NCBI GenBank assembly: GCA_964413375.1
Contig: CAYPSI010000235.1
Location: 8,982-72,981, forward strand
DNA length: 64,000 nt
Origin: an uncultured Spirochaetales bacterium
Lineage (GTDB): Bacteria; Myxococcota_A; UBA9160; SMWR01
Reading direction: 5' to 3'
The translations under genes and the position numbers were made by a program. Of this stretch, positions 26,566-36,703 are shown piece by piece. The stretch's first letter is position 1. Each line of letters starts with the position of its first letter. The notes under the pieces were generated by a model that worked only from the letters and a program-made list of their open reading frames with translations, ran no database searches and had not been told where the DNA came from.

Positions 26566-27287
26566 CCGTCCTCTCTGCGCGAGGACTCACCAAGCGCTAC
26601 GGGGGCACGACCGTGGTGCGCGGCGTCGATCTCGAGGTTCACCCCGCGGAGGTCGTGGGTCTGCTCGGCCCGAACGGGGCCGGCAAGACCACCAGCTTCA
26701 ACATGCTGGCGGGCGGGGTGCGTCCGAGCGAGGGGCAGGTGTTCCTGGGGGACGCGGAGATCACCGACCTCCCGATGTACCGCCGCGCTCGCCTCGGCAT
26801 CACCTATCTGCCCCAGGAAGCCTCGATCTTCCGGCGCCTCTCGGTCGCGGACAACGTGAACGCGATCCTGGAGACCGTCGAGCCCGACCGCAGCCTGCGA
26901 CGCGAGCGACTGCGAGAGCTACTGGCGGAGCTGGGTCTGACCGAAAAGGCCAATCGACGGGGGGATAGCCTCTCCGGTGGCGAGCGGCGTCGGGTGGAGA
27001 TCACCCGGGCGCTGGTCCTGGACCCGAAGTTCATGTTGCTCGATGAGCCCTTCGCGGGCATCGACCCGATTGCCGTGAGCGACATCCAGAAGATCATCGA
27101 TCAGCTCAAGGCGCGCGGCATCGGAGTGATCATCACGGACCACAACGTGCGCGAGACGCTCCGCATCTGCGATCGCGCCTACATCATCAAGGACGGCCAG
27201 ATCGTGAAGCAGGGCCCACCGGAATCGATCGCGTTGGACCCGCAGGTCCGGCAGATCTATCTCGGAGAGCATTTCGAACTGAGGTAG
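26562..27287 (+). CDS. lptB: LPS export ABC transporter ATPase LptB
   Basis: Walker A GPNGAGKTT, ABC signature LSGGERRRVEI, Walker B FMLLDEPFAGID and H-loop ITDHN. Confidence 0.95.
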   Translation: MTVLSARGLTKRYGGTTVVRGVDLEVHPAEVVGLLGPNGAGKTTSFNMLAGGVRPSEGQVFLGDAEITDLPMYRRARLGITYLPQEASIFRRLSVADNVNAILETVEPDRSLRRERLRELLAELGLTEKANRRGDSLSGGERRRVEITRALVLDPKFMLLDEPFAGIDPIAVSDIQKIIDQLKARGIGVIITDHNVRETLRICDRAYIIKDGQIVKQGPPESIALDPQVRQIYLGEHFELR

Positions 27288-27295
27288 CAGGGCCC

Positions 27296-28795
27296 ATGGC
27301 ACTCGAGCTCAAGCAGCAGTTACGCCTCAGCCAGCAGCTGGTGATGACACCCCAGCTGCAGCAGGCGATCAAGCTGCTCCAGCTCTCGCGCCTCGAGCTG
27401 GTAGGCCTCGTGCAACGCGAGCTCGAGGAGAATCCGGTCCTCGAGGACGCCGCGGAGGGGGGGGATACCGGGCCCGAGGACGTCGCGGAAGCCCGCGACG
27501 AGTTCGGGACACCCGAGCTGGTGGAGGCCCCCGAGGTCGAGTCCGCGCCCGAGGGGAACGCCCCGGAGCCGGTGGCGGCCGGCGACGAGCCGGAGCCGAG
27601 CAACGCCGACAAGGTCGCCGACATCGACTGGCAGAACTACGCCGAGGCCTATCCGCAGACCGGGATGCGCGAGGCGCGCGACGACGACGAGCGTCCCGGC
27701 TTCGAGGCGACCTTGACCCGGCGCGCCACGCTGGCGGAGCACCTCGAGTGGCAGCTCCATCTGAGCCCCTTCTCCGAGGACGAGAAGACGGCGGCCGAGA
27801 TCATCATCGGCAACATCGACGAGCGCGGCTACCTGCGCATCGGGGTCGAAGAGGTTGCGCGCGAGGCCTGCATCGAGCTCGCGGTGGCGGATGTCGCGCT
27901 GGCGAAGCTCCAGGAGTTCGACCCCGCCGGCGTTGCGGCGCGCGACCTCCGGGAGTGTCTATCGATCCAGGTCCGCGTGCTCGGCATCGAGGATCCGCTG
28001 GTCGATCGGATCCTCGCAGAGTGCCTGGACCTGCTCGTGAAGCGCGACTTCCGCGGCGTGTCCCGCAAGCTCGGGATCCCGATCGAGGACGTCTCCGTCG
28101 CCGCGAAGGTGATCGGCCGCCTCGAGCCGCGGCCGGGCAGGGCCTTCGGCGGCGACGACCCGGTCTACATCGTTCCGGACATCTATCTCTACAAGATCGG
28201 AGATGAGCTCTACATCGTCCTGAACGACGATGGTCTCCCACGCCTGCGGATCAGCAATCTCTATCGCGAAGTGCTCACGCGCGGAAACCAGAGTTCGAAG
28301 GACACCCGCGCGTACGTGCACGAGAAGGTCCGCTCGGCGATGTGGCTGATCAAGTCGATCCATCAGCGTCAGCGCACGATCTACAAGGTGATGCAGAGCA
28401 TCGTCAAGCACCAGTCCGAGTTCTTCGAGCGCGGGATCAACTACTTGAAGCCCTTGAACCTGCGCGACGTCGCCGACGACATCGAGATGCACGAGTCCAC
28501 GGTGAGCCGAGTGACGACCAACAAATACGTGCACACTCCGCAGGGCATCTTCGAGCTCAAGTACTTCTTCAACTCGAGCATCCACAAGCTGGACGGGGAT
28601 GCGATCGCGAGCGAGAGCGTGAAGGAACGGATCCACACGCTGATTCGCAGCGAGGACCCGCGGCGGCCGCTCTCGGATCAGCGGATCGCCGAAATGCTGC
28701 GGGTGGCGAACATCGTCATCGCGCGCCGCACCGTCACCAAGTACCGGGAGGCGCTGAACCTGCTGTCCTCGACGAAGCGGCGGCAGGTCGGCTAG
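27296..28795 (+). CDS. rpoN: RNA polymerase sigma-54 factor
   Basis: N-terminal Gln/Leu-rich region I (LKQQLRLSQQLVMTPQLQQAIKLLQLS), a C-terminal HTH and the RpoN box (ARRTVTKYRE). Confidence 0.95.
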   Translation: MALELKQQLRLSQQLVMTPQLQQAIKLLQLSRLELVGLVQRELEENPVLEDAAEGGDTGPEDVAEARDEFGTPELVEAPEVESAPEGNAPEPVAAGDEPEPSNADKVADIDWQNYAEAYPQTGMREARDDDERPGFEATLTRRATLAEHLEWQLHLSPFSEDEKTAAEIIIGNIDERGYLRIGVEEVAREACIELAVADVALAKLQEFDPAGVAARDLRECLSIQVRVLGIEDPLVDRILAECLDLLVKRDFRGVSRKLGIPIEDVSVAAKVIGRLEPRPGRAFGGDDPVYIVPDIYLYKIGDELYIVLNDDGLPRLRISNLYREVLTRGNQSSKDTRAYVHEKVRSAMWLIKSIHQRQRTIYKVMQSIVKHQSEFFERGINYLKPLNLRDVADDIEMHESTVSRVTTNKYVHTPQGIFELKYFFNSSIHKLDGDAIASESVKERIHTLIRSEDPRRPLSDQRIAEMLRVANIVIARRTVTKYREALNLLSSTKRRQVG

Positions 28796-28807
28796 GGTCG
28801 GCCCCAG

Positions 28808-29284
28808 ATGAGCGAGTCTCCGATGAAGATCATGGAGATCCTGGTGCGGGATGCCGTGATCCTGAACCTGGGCGTCCGCTCCAAGCGCGAGGTGCTGGTC
28901 GAAATGGCCAACGCCCTCGCGAAGGTCGAGCCCCAGATCGAGGCGAACCGGCTCCTCGAAGTCCTGCTCGAGCGGGAGGCGCTCCAGAGCACCGGAATCG
29001 GCGAGGGGGTGGCGATTCCCCACGGGAAGCTCGTGGGTCTCGATCGGCTCGTGGCGAGCTTCGCGCGCAGCAACGAGGGCGTGGATTTCGACTCGATCGA
29101 TGGCCAGCCCACCCACCACTTCTTCCTTCTCGTCGTCCCGGAGCAGTCGGGAGGGCGTTATCTCAAGGCGCTCGCGCGGATCTCCCGCTTCTTTCGGGAT
29201 GCTGCGTTCCGGCAGCGGCTCACTGAGGCCGACAGCGCGACGGGCGTGATCCAAGCGATCGAGGACGAGGACAAGAAGCTCTAG
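28808..29284 (+). CDS. ptsN: PTS IIA(Ntr)-like protein
   Basis: A PTS_EIIA_2-type domain with STGIGEGVAIPHGK around the phosphorylatable His. It is in the conserved position after rpoN. Confidence 0.88.
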   Translation: MSESPMKIMEILVRDAVILNLGVRSKREVLVEMANALAKVEPQIEANRLLEVLLEREALQSTGIGEGVAIPHGKLVGLDRLVASFARSNEGVDFDSIDGQPTHHFFLLVVPEQSGGRYLKALARISRFFRDAAFRQRLTEADSATGVIQAIEDEDKKL

Positions 29285-29302
29285 AGGGGGTGGGGCTCCT
29301 GG

Positions 29303-29845
29303 ATGGGTGGTCCGGCGGCGCCCGTGACGAGGGTCCACGGAGCGCTCCTCGAGGTGCACCAGCTGGGGGTCCTGCTGCTGGGGCGCAGCGGTATCGGGAA
29401 GAGTGAGTGCGCGCTCGAGCTGGTGTCGAGAGGCCATCGGCTGGTGGCCGACGACGTGGTCGAGCTGGGCTCGGGCGAGGGCGGCCGGGTGGTCGGGCGC
29501 TCCCCGGAGCGAATCCGCCACCACATGGAAATCCGCGGTCTCGGCATCCTCTACATTCCCGACCTCTTCGGACCGGAGAGCGTGGCGGAGAGCGTGACGG
29601 TGGACCTGGTCTGCGAGCTCGAGCGATGGCGGGAGGGTGCCCACTACGATCGCCTGGGGCTCGAGCGGACGAGCTTCGAGCTGCTGGGCGTGGAGGTCCC
29701 CCGCCTCGTGCTTCCCGCGCGTCCCGGTGGCAGCATGGCCACGGTGGTGGAGGTGGGGGCGCGAGAGCACCGTCGGCGCCAGGATGGCGTGAACTCCGCC
29801 GCCCGGCTCGACGCGCGCCTGCGGCGCGAGATGCACCGGCCATGA
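29303..29845 (+). CDS. hprK: HPr kinase/phosphorylase, short form (catalytic C-terminal domain only)
   Basis: 180 aa. P-loop GRSGIGKSECALEL, then RLVADD and HMEIRGLGI signature segments. The N-terminal domain found in firmicute HprK is absent. Confidence 0.85.
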   Translation: MGGPAAPVTRVHGALLEVHQLGVLLLGRSGIGKSECALELVSRGHRLVADDVVELGSGEGGRVVGRSPERIRHHMEIRGLGILYIPDLFGPESVAESVTVDLVCELERWREGAHYDRLGLERTSFELLGVEVPRLVLPARPGGSMATVVEVGAREHRRRQDGVNSAARLDARLRREMHRP

Positions 29846-30714
29846 GCGAGCCGCCGCGGATCCGGATCGTGCTCGTGAGCGGCCTCTCGGGGAGCGGCAA
29901 GAGCACCGCCATGTCGGCCCTCGAGGACCTGGCCTTCTATTGCGTCGACAACCTCCCGGTACAGCTGATCGAGCAGTTCCTCGGTCTGTGTCGCAAGACC
30001 ACGCCACCGATCGAGAAGATCGGCCTCGCGGTCGATGCGCGCGAGGCGCTCTTCCTCGGCGGCCTCCCGGCCGTCGTCGGCGCGCTGCGCGACTCCGGGG
30101 CGAGCGTGGACGTGATCTTTCTCGACTGCTCGAACGAGGTGCTCGTGAAGCGCTATCGGGAGACGCGGCGCGTCCACCCGCTCGCTCCCGGGGGATCGGT
30201 CGAGGCGGGAGTGGAGAAGGAACGGGGCCTGCTGGCGGACGTGGCGGCCCTCGCGGATCACGTGATCGACACCTCGGCGATGAACGTCCATCAGCTGCGG
30301 GCCGACGTCGTGGCCCGGGTGTCGGGCGAGACCCGCGCGACCGTCGTGAACGTCGTGTCCTTCGGGTTCCGCTATCCCACGCTCCAGAGCGCGGAGCTCC
30401 TCTTCGACGTGCGCTTCCTTCCGAATCCCTTCTTCGAGGAACATCTGCGCGAGCTCTCGGGAAACGACGCCGAGATCGCGGAGTACGTGCTGAAGCACCC
30501 CCGCGGTGCGGCGCTCGTCGATCGTCTCCTCGATCTCCTCGATTTCCTGCTCCCGCTCTACGATGCCGAGGGGAAGGCCTATCTGACGGTCGGGATCGGC
30601 TGCACCGGAGGCCGGCACCGCTCGGTCGCCATCGCCAACGCACTGGCTGCGGAGCTCCGCAGCGCGGGACGGGACGTGAACGTGGAACATCGAGACGTCG
30701 AGAAGGGCCGATGA
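29842..30714 (+). CDS. rapZ: RNase adapter / P-loop protein RapZ (YvcJ family)
   Basis: The ATG overlaps the hprK stop (ATGA). Walker A SGLSGSGKST, FYCVDNLP, and C-terminal GCTGGRHRSV. Confidence 0.92.
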   Translation: MSEPPRIRIVLVSGLSGSGKSTAMSALEDLAFYCVDNLPVQLIEQFLGLCRKTTPPIEKIGLAVDAREALFLGGLPAVVGALRDSGASVDVIFLDCSNEVLVKRYRETRRVHPLAPGGSVEAGVEKERGLLADVAALADHVIDTSAMNVHQLRADVVARVSGETRATVVNVVSFGFRYPTLQSAELLFDVRFLPNPFFEEHLRELSGNDAEIAEYVLKHPRGAALVDRLLDLLDFLLPLYDAEGKAYLTVGIGCTGGRHRSVAIANALAAELRSAGRDVNVEHRDVEKGR

Positions 30715-31121
30715 GCGTAGGGGTCGTGATCGTGACGCACTACGGGCTCGGCCAGGAGTTCCTGCAGGCGCTGCGCCTGATCGTACCGGAAGCTCCTGAG
30801 TTCTACGCGGTGGCGATCGAACCGAAGCAGACGGTCGACGAGATGCGTCGCGCGATCGATGCCGCGCTCCGGGCCGCCGACCAGGGGCAGGGCGTGCTCG
30901 TGCTCACCGACATGTTCGGCGGCACCCCTTCCAACATCAGCCTCTCCTTCCTGGAGGACCGCCGTGTCGAGGTGGTGACGGGCGTGAACCTTCCGATGCT
31001 GATCAAGCTGGCCACGCTCCGGAGCGAACGTTCGCTCGAGGATCTCGCCCGCTTCATCAAGGACTACGGGCAGCGGAACATCTCCGTGGCACGCGAGATC
31101 CTGCCCGAAGGCGATCCGTGA
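30711..31121 (+). CDS. PTS EIIA, mannose/fructose family
   Basis: ATGA overlap with rap[10 protein letters not shown] (active-site His region), [10 protein letters not shown] and [10 protein letters not shown]. Confidence 0.85.
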   Translation: MSVGVVIVTHYGLGQEFLQALRLIVPEAPEFYAVAIEPKQTVDEMRRAIDAALRAADQGQGVLVLTDMFGGTPSNISLSFLEDRRVEVVTGVNLPMLIKLATLRSERSLEDLARFIKDYGQRNISVAREILPEGDP

Positions 31122-31402
31122 GCGGGGCCCTGCTCGTGCACGAAGCCGAGTTCGTGGTCACCAGCGAGCTCGGCCTCCACGCGCGCCCCGCCGGTCAGTT
31201 CGTGGCCCTGGCCGACCGCTTCGAGTCCGAGATCAAGGTCGGCCGGGGGGACGAGTGGGTCGACGGCCGCAGCGTGCTCTCGCTGCTCTCGCTGGCGGCG
31301 AGCAGGGGCACGCGGCTGTGCGTGCGCGCGGTCGGGCCCGACGCCCGGGAGGCCGTGGAAGCCCTCGGCGCGCTGCTCGAGCGGGCCCGTGGCGCGGATT
31401 GA
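31118..31402 (+). CDS. ptsH: Phosphocarrier protein HPr-like (NPr)
   Basis: GTGA overlap with the EIIA gene. GLHARPAG contains the His15 equivalent and [10 protein letters not shown] the Ser46 region. Confidence 0.85.
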   Translation: MSGALLVHEAEFVVTSELGLHARPAGQFVALADRFESEIKVGRGDEWVDGRSVLSLLSLAASRGTRLCVRAVGPDAREAVEALGALLERARGAD

Positions 31403-31464
31403 ATCCCCGCGCCGCGTCGCCTAGATTCGGCCGTCCGCGCGTCTGCCAAGGAGTTCCTGCCCCG

Positions 31465-32628
31465 ATGTCCCGGTCGCTCTTCACCTCCGAGTCGGTTTCG
31501 ATGGGTCACCCCGACAAGATGTGCGACCAGATCTCGGACGCCGTACTCGATGCGATGCTCGCGCAGGACCCGCGCTCCCGCGTGGCCTGCGAGACGCTCA
31601 CCACGACCGGACTCGTGGTGGTGGCGGGGGAGGTCACGACCCGCGCCCAGGTCGACATTCCGACGCTCGTGCGCGGGGTCGTGCACGACATCGGCTACAC
31701 GAGCTCGGAGATGGGCTTCGACGCCGGAAGCTGCGCGGTGATGGTGGCCCTTGGCAAGCAGTCCACCGACATCGCACAGGGCGTGAACGAACAGGAAGGC
31801 CTGCACAAGGAGCAGGGGGCCGGCGACCAGGGGATGATGTTCGGCTTCGCGTGCGACGAGACGCCCGAGCTCATGCCGGCGCCGATCCACACCGCCCACC
31901 GGATGATCGCGAGGCACCGCGAATGCCTCGAGTCCGGGGAGCTCGGCTACCTGCGCCCCGACGCCAAGAGCCAGGTCACGATCGAATACGACGGGGAGCG
32001 TCCGCGCCGGATCCACACCCTCGTGCTCTCGACCCAGCACGCGCCCGACGTCTCCCACGACCAGCTGCGCAAGGAGCTGATCGAGCGGGTGCTCAAGCCG
32101 GCCGTTCCGGCCGAGTGGCTCGACGACGACACCCTCTATCACGTGAACCCGACCGGGCGCTTCGTGATCGGCGGGCCGATGGGAGACGCCGGGCTCACCG
32201 GGCGCAAGATCATCGTCGACACCTACGGGGGCATGGGACGCCACGGCGGCGGCGCCTTCTCGGGCAAGGACCCGAGCAAGGTGGACCGCAGTGCGGCCTA
32301 CGCCGCGCGCTGGGTCGCGAAGAACATCGTGCGAGCCGGGCTGGCCCGCCGCTGCGAGGTCCAGCTCGCCTACGCGATCGGAGTGGCCGAGCCCGTGTCC
32401 ATCCGCGTCGATACCTTCGGAACGAGCTCTCTCGACGGGATCCGGATCGAGCAACTGGTTCGCAAACACTTCGACCTGACGCCGAAGGGGATCATCGACT
32501 CCCTCCAGCTCCTTCGGCCCATCTACCGCGCCACCTCGTATCACGGGCACTTCGGGCGCGAACAGGAGGGATTCCCCTGGGAGCAGACTCCCAAGGCGGA
32601 AGCGCTGGCTCGCGACGCCGCGCGCTGA
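31465..32628 (+). CDS. metK: S-adenosylmethionine synthase
   Basis: [35 protein letters not shown] and [19 protein letters not shown] are canonical MetK motifs. I use the ATG at 31465. Confidence 0.96.
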   Translation: MSRSLFTSESVSMGHPDKMCDQISDAVLDAMLAQDPRSRVACETLTTTGLVVVAGEVTTRAQVDIPTLVRGVVHDIGYTSSEMGFDAGSCAVMVALGKQSTDIAQGVNEQEGLHKEQGAGDQGMMFGFACDETPELMPAPIHTAHRMIARHRECLESGELGYLRPDAKSQVTIEYDGERPRRIHTLVLSTQHAPDVSHDQLRKELIERVLKPAVPAEWLDDDTLYHVNPTGRFVIGGPMGDAGLTGRKIIVDTYGGMGRHGGGAFSGKDPSKVDRSAAYAARWVAKNIVRAGLARRCEVQLAYAIGVAEPVSIRVDTFGTSSLDGIRIEQLVRKHFDLTPKGIIDSLQLLRPIYRATSYHGHFGREQEGFPWEQTPKAEALARDAAR

Positions 32629-33692
32629 TCGCTGGCGCGGGGCTGCTCGCGGCACTGCTCGCGGCGGCTCCGGCCTCGGCCGGCGCCTCGGCGAGCGGAG
32701 CGATCCGGGTGCTGCTGCGCGATTCGCGCGCCGCGGTAGACGTGGTGGGCGCGGATGGGCGGAAGACCACTTTCGCGCCCATCGGCAAGGGCCTGCGCGT
32801 GGGCTCCCGCGCGCTCGGCCCGGTGTACCGCCTGCATGCAGCCCTGCCGATGCGCGCAGTGGATCTGCGCGTGCGCGGGACCCTGGAGCTCCGCCGCGCG
32901 GGGAAGGGCCTGCTCGTCATCAACGAGCTGCCGCTCGAGGACTACGTCGCAGGGACCCTCGGCCGGGAGGCGTACCGGCGCTGGCATCCCGAGGCGCTGA
33001 AGGCCCACGCCATCGTGACGCGCACCTATGCGCTCCACGAGCGCGCCCTCCACGCCGGCGATCCGTACCACCTTCGGGGCGATACCGGGGGGCAGGTGTA
33101 CGGTGGGCTCGATGCCGAGCTGGCGGAGATGGTCGGGGCGACCCGGGCCACCCGGGGACAGTTCCTGGCCTTTCGCGGCAGCCCGATCCTCGCCGTCTAC
33201 CACTCGGCGGCGGGCGGAATGACCGCCAGCGCGGAAGAGGTCTGGGGGCGCCCGGTCCCCTACCTGGTCAGCGTCGAGGTGGAGCACGAGGAGGAGTCCC
33301 CGGACACCTACTGGCGCGCGGCCTTTCCAGGGACCACACTGGGGCGCGCTCTCGCCCCCGTGGGAGTGCGCGTGGGCCCGGTGCGGGAAGTGCGGGTCGC
33401 CGAGCGTTCCGCGAGCGGCCGGGCCAACCGGGTCCGTATTCGCGGGGATGCCGGCGAGGCGTTCCTTCCGGCCCGGGAGCTGCGGCGGGTCCTCGGTGAG
33501 GGGGTGATTCGCAGCACGCTGTTCGACGTTCGCGACGGTCCCGAGGGCTTCGTGTTCGTCGGCTCCGGGCACGGGCATGGCGTTGGAATGAGCCAATGGG
33601 GGGCCCAGTCGATGGCGATGCGAGGTGCCGGTTACCGCGAGATCCTCGCGGCCTTCTACCCGGGAACCCAGCTCGTGGAGGGCAAGCGGTGA
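32577..33692 (+). CDS. SpoIID/LytB-domain protein (start codon uncertain)
   Basis: [57 protein letters not shown] match the SpoIID amidase-enhancer/lytic transglycosylase family. No ATG, GTG or TTG is available upstream of the signal peptide; CTG at 32577 or 32625 and ATT at 32571 are the only candidates. Confidence 0.75.
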   Translation: MGADSQGGSAGSRRRALIAGAGLLAALLAAAPASAGASASGAIRVLLRDSRAAVDVVGADGRKTTFAPIGKGLRVGSRALGPVYRLHAALPMRAVDLRVRGTLELRRAGKGLLVINELPLEDYVAGTLGREAYRRWHPEALKAHAIVTRTYALHERALHAGDPYHLRGDTGGQVYGGLDAELAEMVGATRATRGQFLAFRGSPILAVYHSAAGGMTASAEEVWGRPVPYLVSVEVEHEEESPDTYWRAAFPGTTLGRALAPVGVRVGPVREVRVAERSASGRANRVRIRGDAGEAFLPARELRRVLGEGVIRSTLFDVRDGPEGFVFVGSGHGHGVGMSQWGAQSMAMRGAGYREILAAFYPGTQLVEGKR

Positions 33693-34027
33693 ACGCGCTG
33701 GTCGGTCTGATCCAGCTCCAGGTGGGGGGCCCGGATGCCTCTCCCTTCTCGATGCTGGTTCCGATGCTCGCGATCTTCCTGATCTTCTGGCTGCTGCTGA
33801 TCCGCCCGCAGCAGCGCCGTCAGCGCGAACAGGAACAGATGTTGAAGAGCATCGAAAAGGGAGACGATATCGTCACGAGCGGTGGTCTGCATGGACGCGT
33901 GGTGGGGGTCACGGACGACACGCTCACGCTCGAGATCGCCGCGGTGAAGGGCGAGAAGGTCCGCGTCAAGGTCGCGCGCGCGCGCGTCGAGTCGCGGACG
34001 AAGGGCAAGGAGAAGGAGGAGTCGTGA
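33689..34027 (+). CDS. yajC: Preprotein translocase subunit YajC
   Basis: The GTG overlaps the upstream stop. A single TM segment (MLVPMLAIFLIFWLLLIRPQQRR) is followed by IVTSGGLHGRVVGV. Confidence 0.85.
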   Translation: MNALVGLIQLQVGGPDASPFSMLVPMLAIFLIFWLLLIRPQQRRQREQEQMLKSIEKGDDIVTSGGLHGRVVGVTDDTLTLEIAAVKGEKVRVKVARARVESRTKGKEKEES

Positions 34028-35610
34028 ATCGCCTGCGCCTGCGGGCCGCCGTCATCGCGGGAATCGTACTGCTCTTCGGCTGGCTCACCGCGGCGAACTT
34101 CGTTTCGGTGGAGACGCGGCGCGCGAGCCCCTTCCTGCCCGATGCCGGTCTGCGCCTCGGCCTCGACCTCCAGGGCGGGATCCACTGGATACTGGGCGTC
34201 CAGCTCGACGAGGCCGTGGTCCACGAGCTCGACTACGTGCGCGGCGGGATCCAGGGCGCCGCGGACGAGGCCGAGTTCGCGGTGAGCACCGTGGCCGTCG
34301 AGGGCGAGCGCGTGGTGGCCGAGGCCGCGACTGCGGAGGACGCGGCAAAGCTGCGCGACTGGGCCGAGAAGCGCGGCGGCCTCGAGGTGCAGGGCGAATC
34401 CGCGACCCGGGTCGAACTCGGACTCACCAGCGCCTGGCGGCAGCAGGTCCGCGAGCGCGGCATGGAGCAGGTTCTCGAGGTGCTGCGCCGGCGGATCGAC
34501 GACCCGGTGTCCGGGATCCCGGAGTCGGTGGTGACGCGCCAGGGCGCGGACCGCATCCTCGTCGAGATCCCGGGCGGGCAGATCGAGCGCTCCCGCGCGC
34601 GCGAGATGCTGCGCGTCACGGGCTTCCTCGAGTTCAAGATCGTCCAGGACCAGGACAAGACGCAGGAGATCCTGCTCGCCCGCCATGGCGGCACGCTGCC
34701 GGAGGGCATGGAGCTCGCCTTCGAGCGTGAGAAGGAGACGCAGCGCATCCTCAACGCCTACCTGATGAGCGACAAGGCCGACGTCACGGGCGACTTCCTG
34801 ACGGACGCCCGTGTGCAGTTCGACCGGCAGAACCGTCCGACCGTCGGTTTCACCTTCAACGCCGATGGCGGAGGGATCTTCGGCAGGCTGACCCAGGAGA
34901 ACATCGGCAAGCAGCTCGCCATCGTGCTCGACGACCGCGTCTACAGCGCCCCGGTGATCCGCTCGCAGATCACGATGCACGGCCAGATCGAGGGACGCTT
35001 CACGGCCGAGGAGGCGGCCGATCTCGCCGTGGTGCTGCGCGCGGGCTCGCTCCCGGTTCCCGTCTCGATCGAGGAGGAACGACTCGTCGGTCCCACCCTG
35101 GGCGCGGACTCGATTGAACGGGGCGTCCGGGCGACGCTGGTCGCCCTCGTGGTCGTGCTGACCTTCGCGGTCGTCTACTACCGGCTCTCGGGGATCTTCG
35201 CCGCCGTCGCGCTCTTGGCCAACCTCGTGATGCTGATCGGGGTCATGTCGCTCTTCGAAGCGACCCTCACCCTGCCCGGCCTCGCCGGAGTCGCGCTCAC
35301 CGTGGGCATGGCCATCGACGCGAACGTCATCATCTTCGAGCGGATTCGCGATGAGCTGCGCGCGGGAAAGACTCCGCGCACGGCCATCCACACGGGCTTC
35401 AACCGCGCCTTCTGGACCATCATGGACTCGAATCTCACCACACTGATCACGGCGCTCGTGCTCTACGAGTACGGCACCGGCCCGATCAAGGGCTTCGCCG
35501 TCTCGCTCTCGATCGGGATCGTGACGAGCGTGGCGGCCGCCCTGCTGATCACGCGCCTGCTCTTCGATTTCTACCCCGGCGACCGACCGGTCGCGAGCCT
35601 CTCGATCTAG
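34024..35610 (+). CDS. secD: Protein translocase subunit SecD
   Basis: GTGA overlap with yajC. LGLDLQGG, a periplasmic domain, and C-terminal TM bundle motifs (LTLPGLAGVALTVGMAIDANVIIFERIRDE). Confidence 0.93.
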   Translation: MNRLRLRAAVIAGIVLLFGWLTAANFVSVETRRASPFLPDAGLRLGLDLQGGIHWILGVQLDEAVVHELDYVRGGIQGAADEAEFAVSTVAVEGERVVAEAATAEDAAKLRDWAEKRGGLEVQGESATRVELGLTSAWRQQVRERGMEQVLEVLRRRIDDPVSGIPESVVTRQGADRILVEIPGGQIERSRAREMLRVTGFLEFKIVQDQDKTQEILLARHGGTLPEGMELAFEREKETQRILNAYLMSDKADVTGDFLTDARVQFDRQNRPTVGFTFNADGGGIFGRLTQENIGKQLAIVLDDRVYSAPVIRSQITMHGQIEGRFTAEEAADLAVVLRAGSLPVPVSIEEERLVGPTLGADSIERGVRATLVALVVVLTFAVVYYRLSGIFAAVALLANLVMLIGVMSLFEATLTLPGLAGVALTVGMAIDANVIIFERIRDELRAGKTPRTAIHTGFNRAFWTIMDSNLTTLITALVLYEYGTGPIKGFAVSLSIGIVTSVAAALLITRLLFDFYPGDRPVASLSI

Positions 35611-35620
35611 GGAGTTCCCG

Positions 35621-36679
35621 ATGCGCTTCTTGGAGATCGTCCCGCCGGGGACCCATTTCGACTTCATCGGCCGCTGGCGGCTGTGGGCGCTGATCTCCAC
35701 TGCGGTGATCGGCGTCTCGCTGGCGGCCATCCCCGTGCGCGGGATTCGCCTCGGCATCGACTTCGCCGGCGGGACCGAGATGCTGCTGCGCTTCGCGGAC
35801 GGGGTGGCGGCGGACGAGGGAGCCGTCCGCAGCGTGCTCTCCAGCTGCGCCATCGCGGAGCCGAACGTGATCCGCTACGGCGAGACGCAGGCCGAGTTCC
35901 TGGTCCGCTTCGGCGCGCTCGACGATCCCGGGGAGGTCGCAGCGGCGGTCGAAGCGGGAGAGTGCCCCGTCTCCGCGGAGGACCGGGCGTCGCTGGCGGC
36001 GGTCCTCGAGGCCCAGGGCGATGCGGACGCAAGGGGGTCCGTCGTCGACCAGGTCACCTACGCGCTGGAGAACGCGATCGGCGAGCTCTCCGTCGAGCGC
36101 GTCGACTTCGTTGGCCCCAAGGTGGGCGACGACCTGCGACGCGACGGAATCTACGCGATTGCGATCGCCTGCGCGCTGATCCTCGTCTACGTGGGCTTCC
36201 GCTTCAGCCCGCGCTACGCGCCCGGCGCCGTGGTCGCGCTGATCCACGACGTCGCGATCACCGCCGGGGTCTTCGTGATCTTTGGCTTCGAGTTCGACCT
36301 GCGCGTGCTCGCAGCGTTGCTCGCGGTGCTGGGCTACAGCCTGAACGACACGATCGTGATCTACGACCGCATCCGCGAGAACATGGCGCTGCACACGAAG
36401 TACGACCTCGCGGAGGTGCTGAACCGAAGCGTGAACGAAACGCTCTCGCGGACCCTGCTCACCGGGACCACGACGCTCGCCGCGCTGGTGGGGCTGCTGG
36501 TGTTCGGCGGCGAGGTCTTGCGACCCTTCGCGATCGCGATGGCGATCGGGATCCTGGTCGGGACCTACTCGTCGATCTACATCGCCGCTCCGACGCTGCT
36601 GTGGCTCGAGCAGCGTCGCAGCGGCGCTACAGGAGCGGCGGGCGCCGCGAGCGGTCGCGACCGACGCGCGCGCTCCTGA
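35621..36679 (+). CDS. secF: Protein translocase subunit SecF
   Basis: LGIDFAGGTEM, HDVAITAGVFVIFGFEFDL and LGYSLNDTIVIYDRIREN. Confidence 0.93.
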   Translation: MRFLEIVPPGTHFDFIGRWRLWALISTAVIGVSLAAIPVRGIRLGIDFAGGTEMLLRFADGVAADEGAVRSVLSSCAIAEPNVIRYGETQAEFLVRFGALDDPGEVAAAVEAGECPVSAEDRASLAAVLEAQGDADARGSVVDQVTYALENAIGELSVERVDFVGPKVGDDLRRDGIYAIAIACALILVYVGFRFSPRYAPGAVVALIHDVAITAGVFVIFGFEFDLRVLAALLAVLGYSLNDTIVIYDRIRENMALHTKYDLAEVLNRSVNETLSRTLLTGTTTLAALVGLLVFGGEVLRPFAIAMAIGILVGTYSSIYIAAPTLLWLEQRRSGATGAAGAASGRDRRARS

Positions 36680-36682
36680 AGC

Positions 36683-36703
36683 GGCCCGCGGAGCGCGTGG
36701 GCC
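36683..36703. terminator. GC-rich hairpin between convergent secF and the bactofilin gene
   Basis: GGCCCGCG-GA-GCGCGTGGGCC forms an ~8-bp stem with one bulge and fills the 24-nt convergent gap. There is no U-tract, so its function is inferred from position only. Confidence 0.3.

Noticed and set aside
27959-30643. 894-aa ORF on the minus strand
   Set aside because: It is antisense to rpoN, ptsN, hprK and rapZ, all of which carry unmistakable motifs on the plus strand.
31403-31464. A possible SAM riboswitch upstream of metK
   Set aside because: The gap is only 62 nt, too short for a SAM-I, SAM-II or SAM-V aptamer plus expression platform, and I could see none of the conserved helices.
33820-35853. 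677-aa minus-strand ORF; the same applies to 41334-43613 (minus), 56932-59562 (plus), 58958-61270 (plus), 58797-60962 (minus) and 61017-63134 (plus)
   Set aside because: All are antisense or out of frame relative to well-supported genes (secD, uvrB, HD-GYP/STAS, rfbB and the AAA genes). They lack motifs and show the Arg/Pro/Gly-rich composition expected for wrong frames in high-GC DNA.
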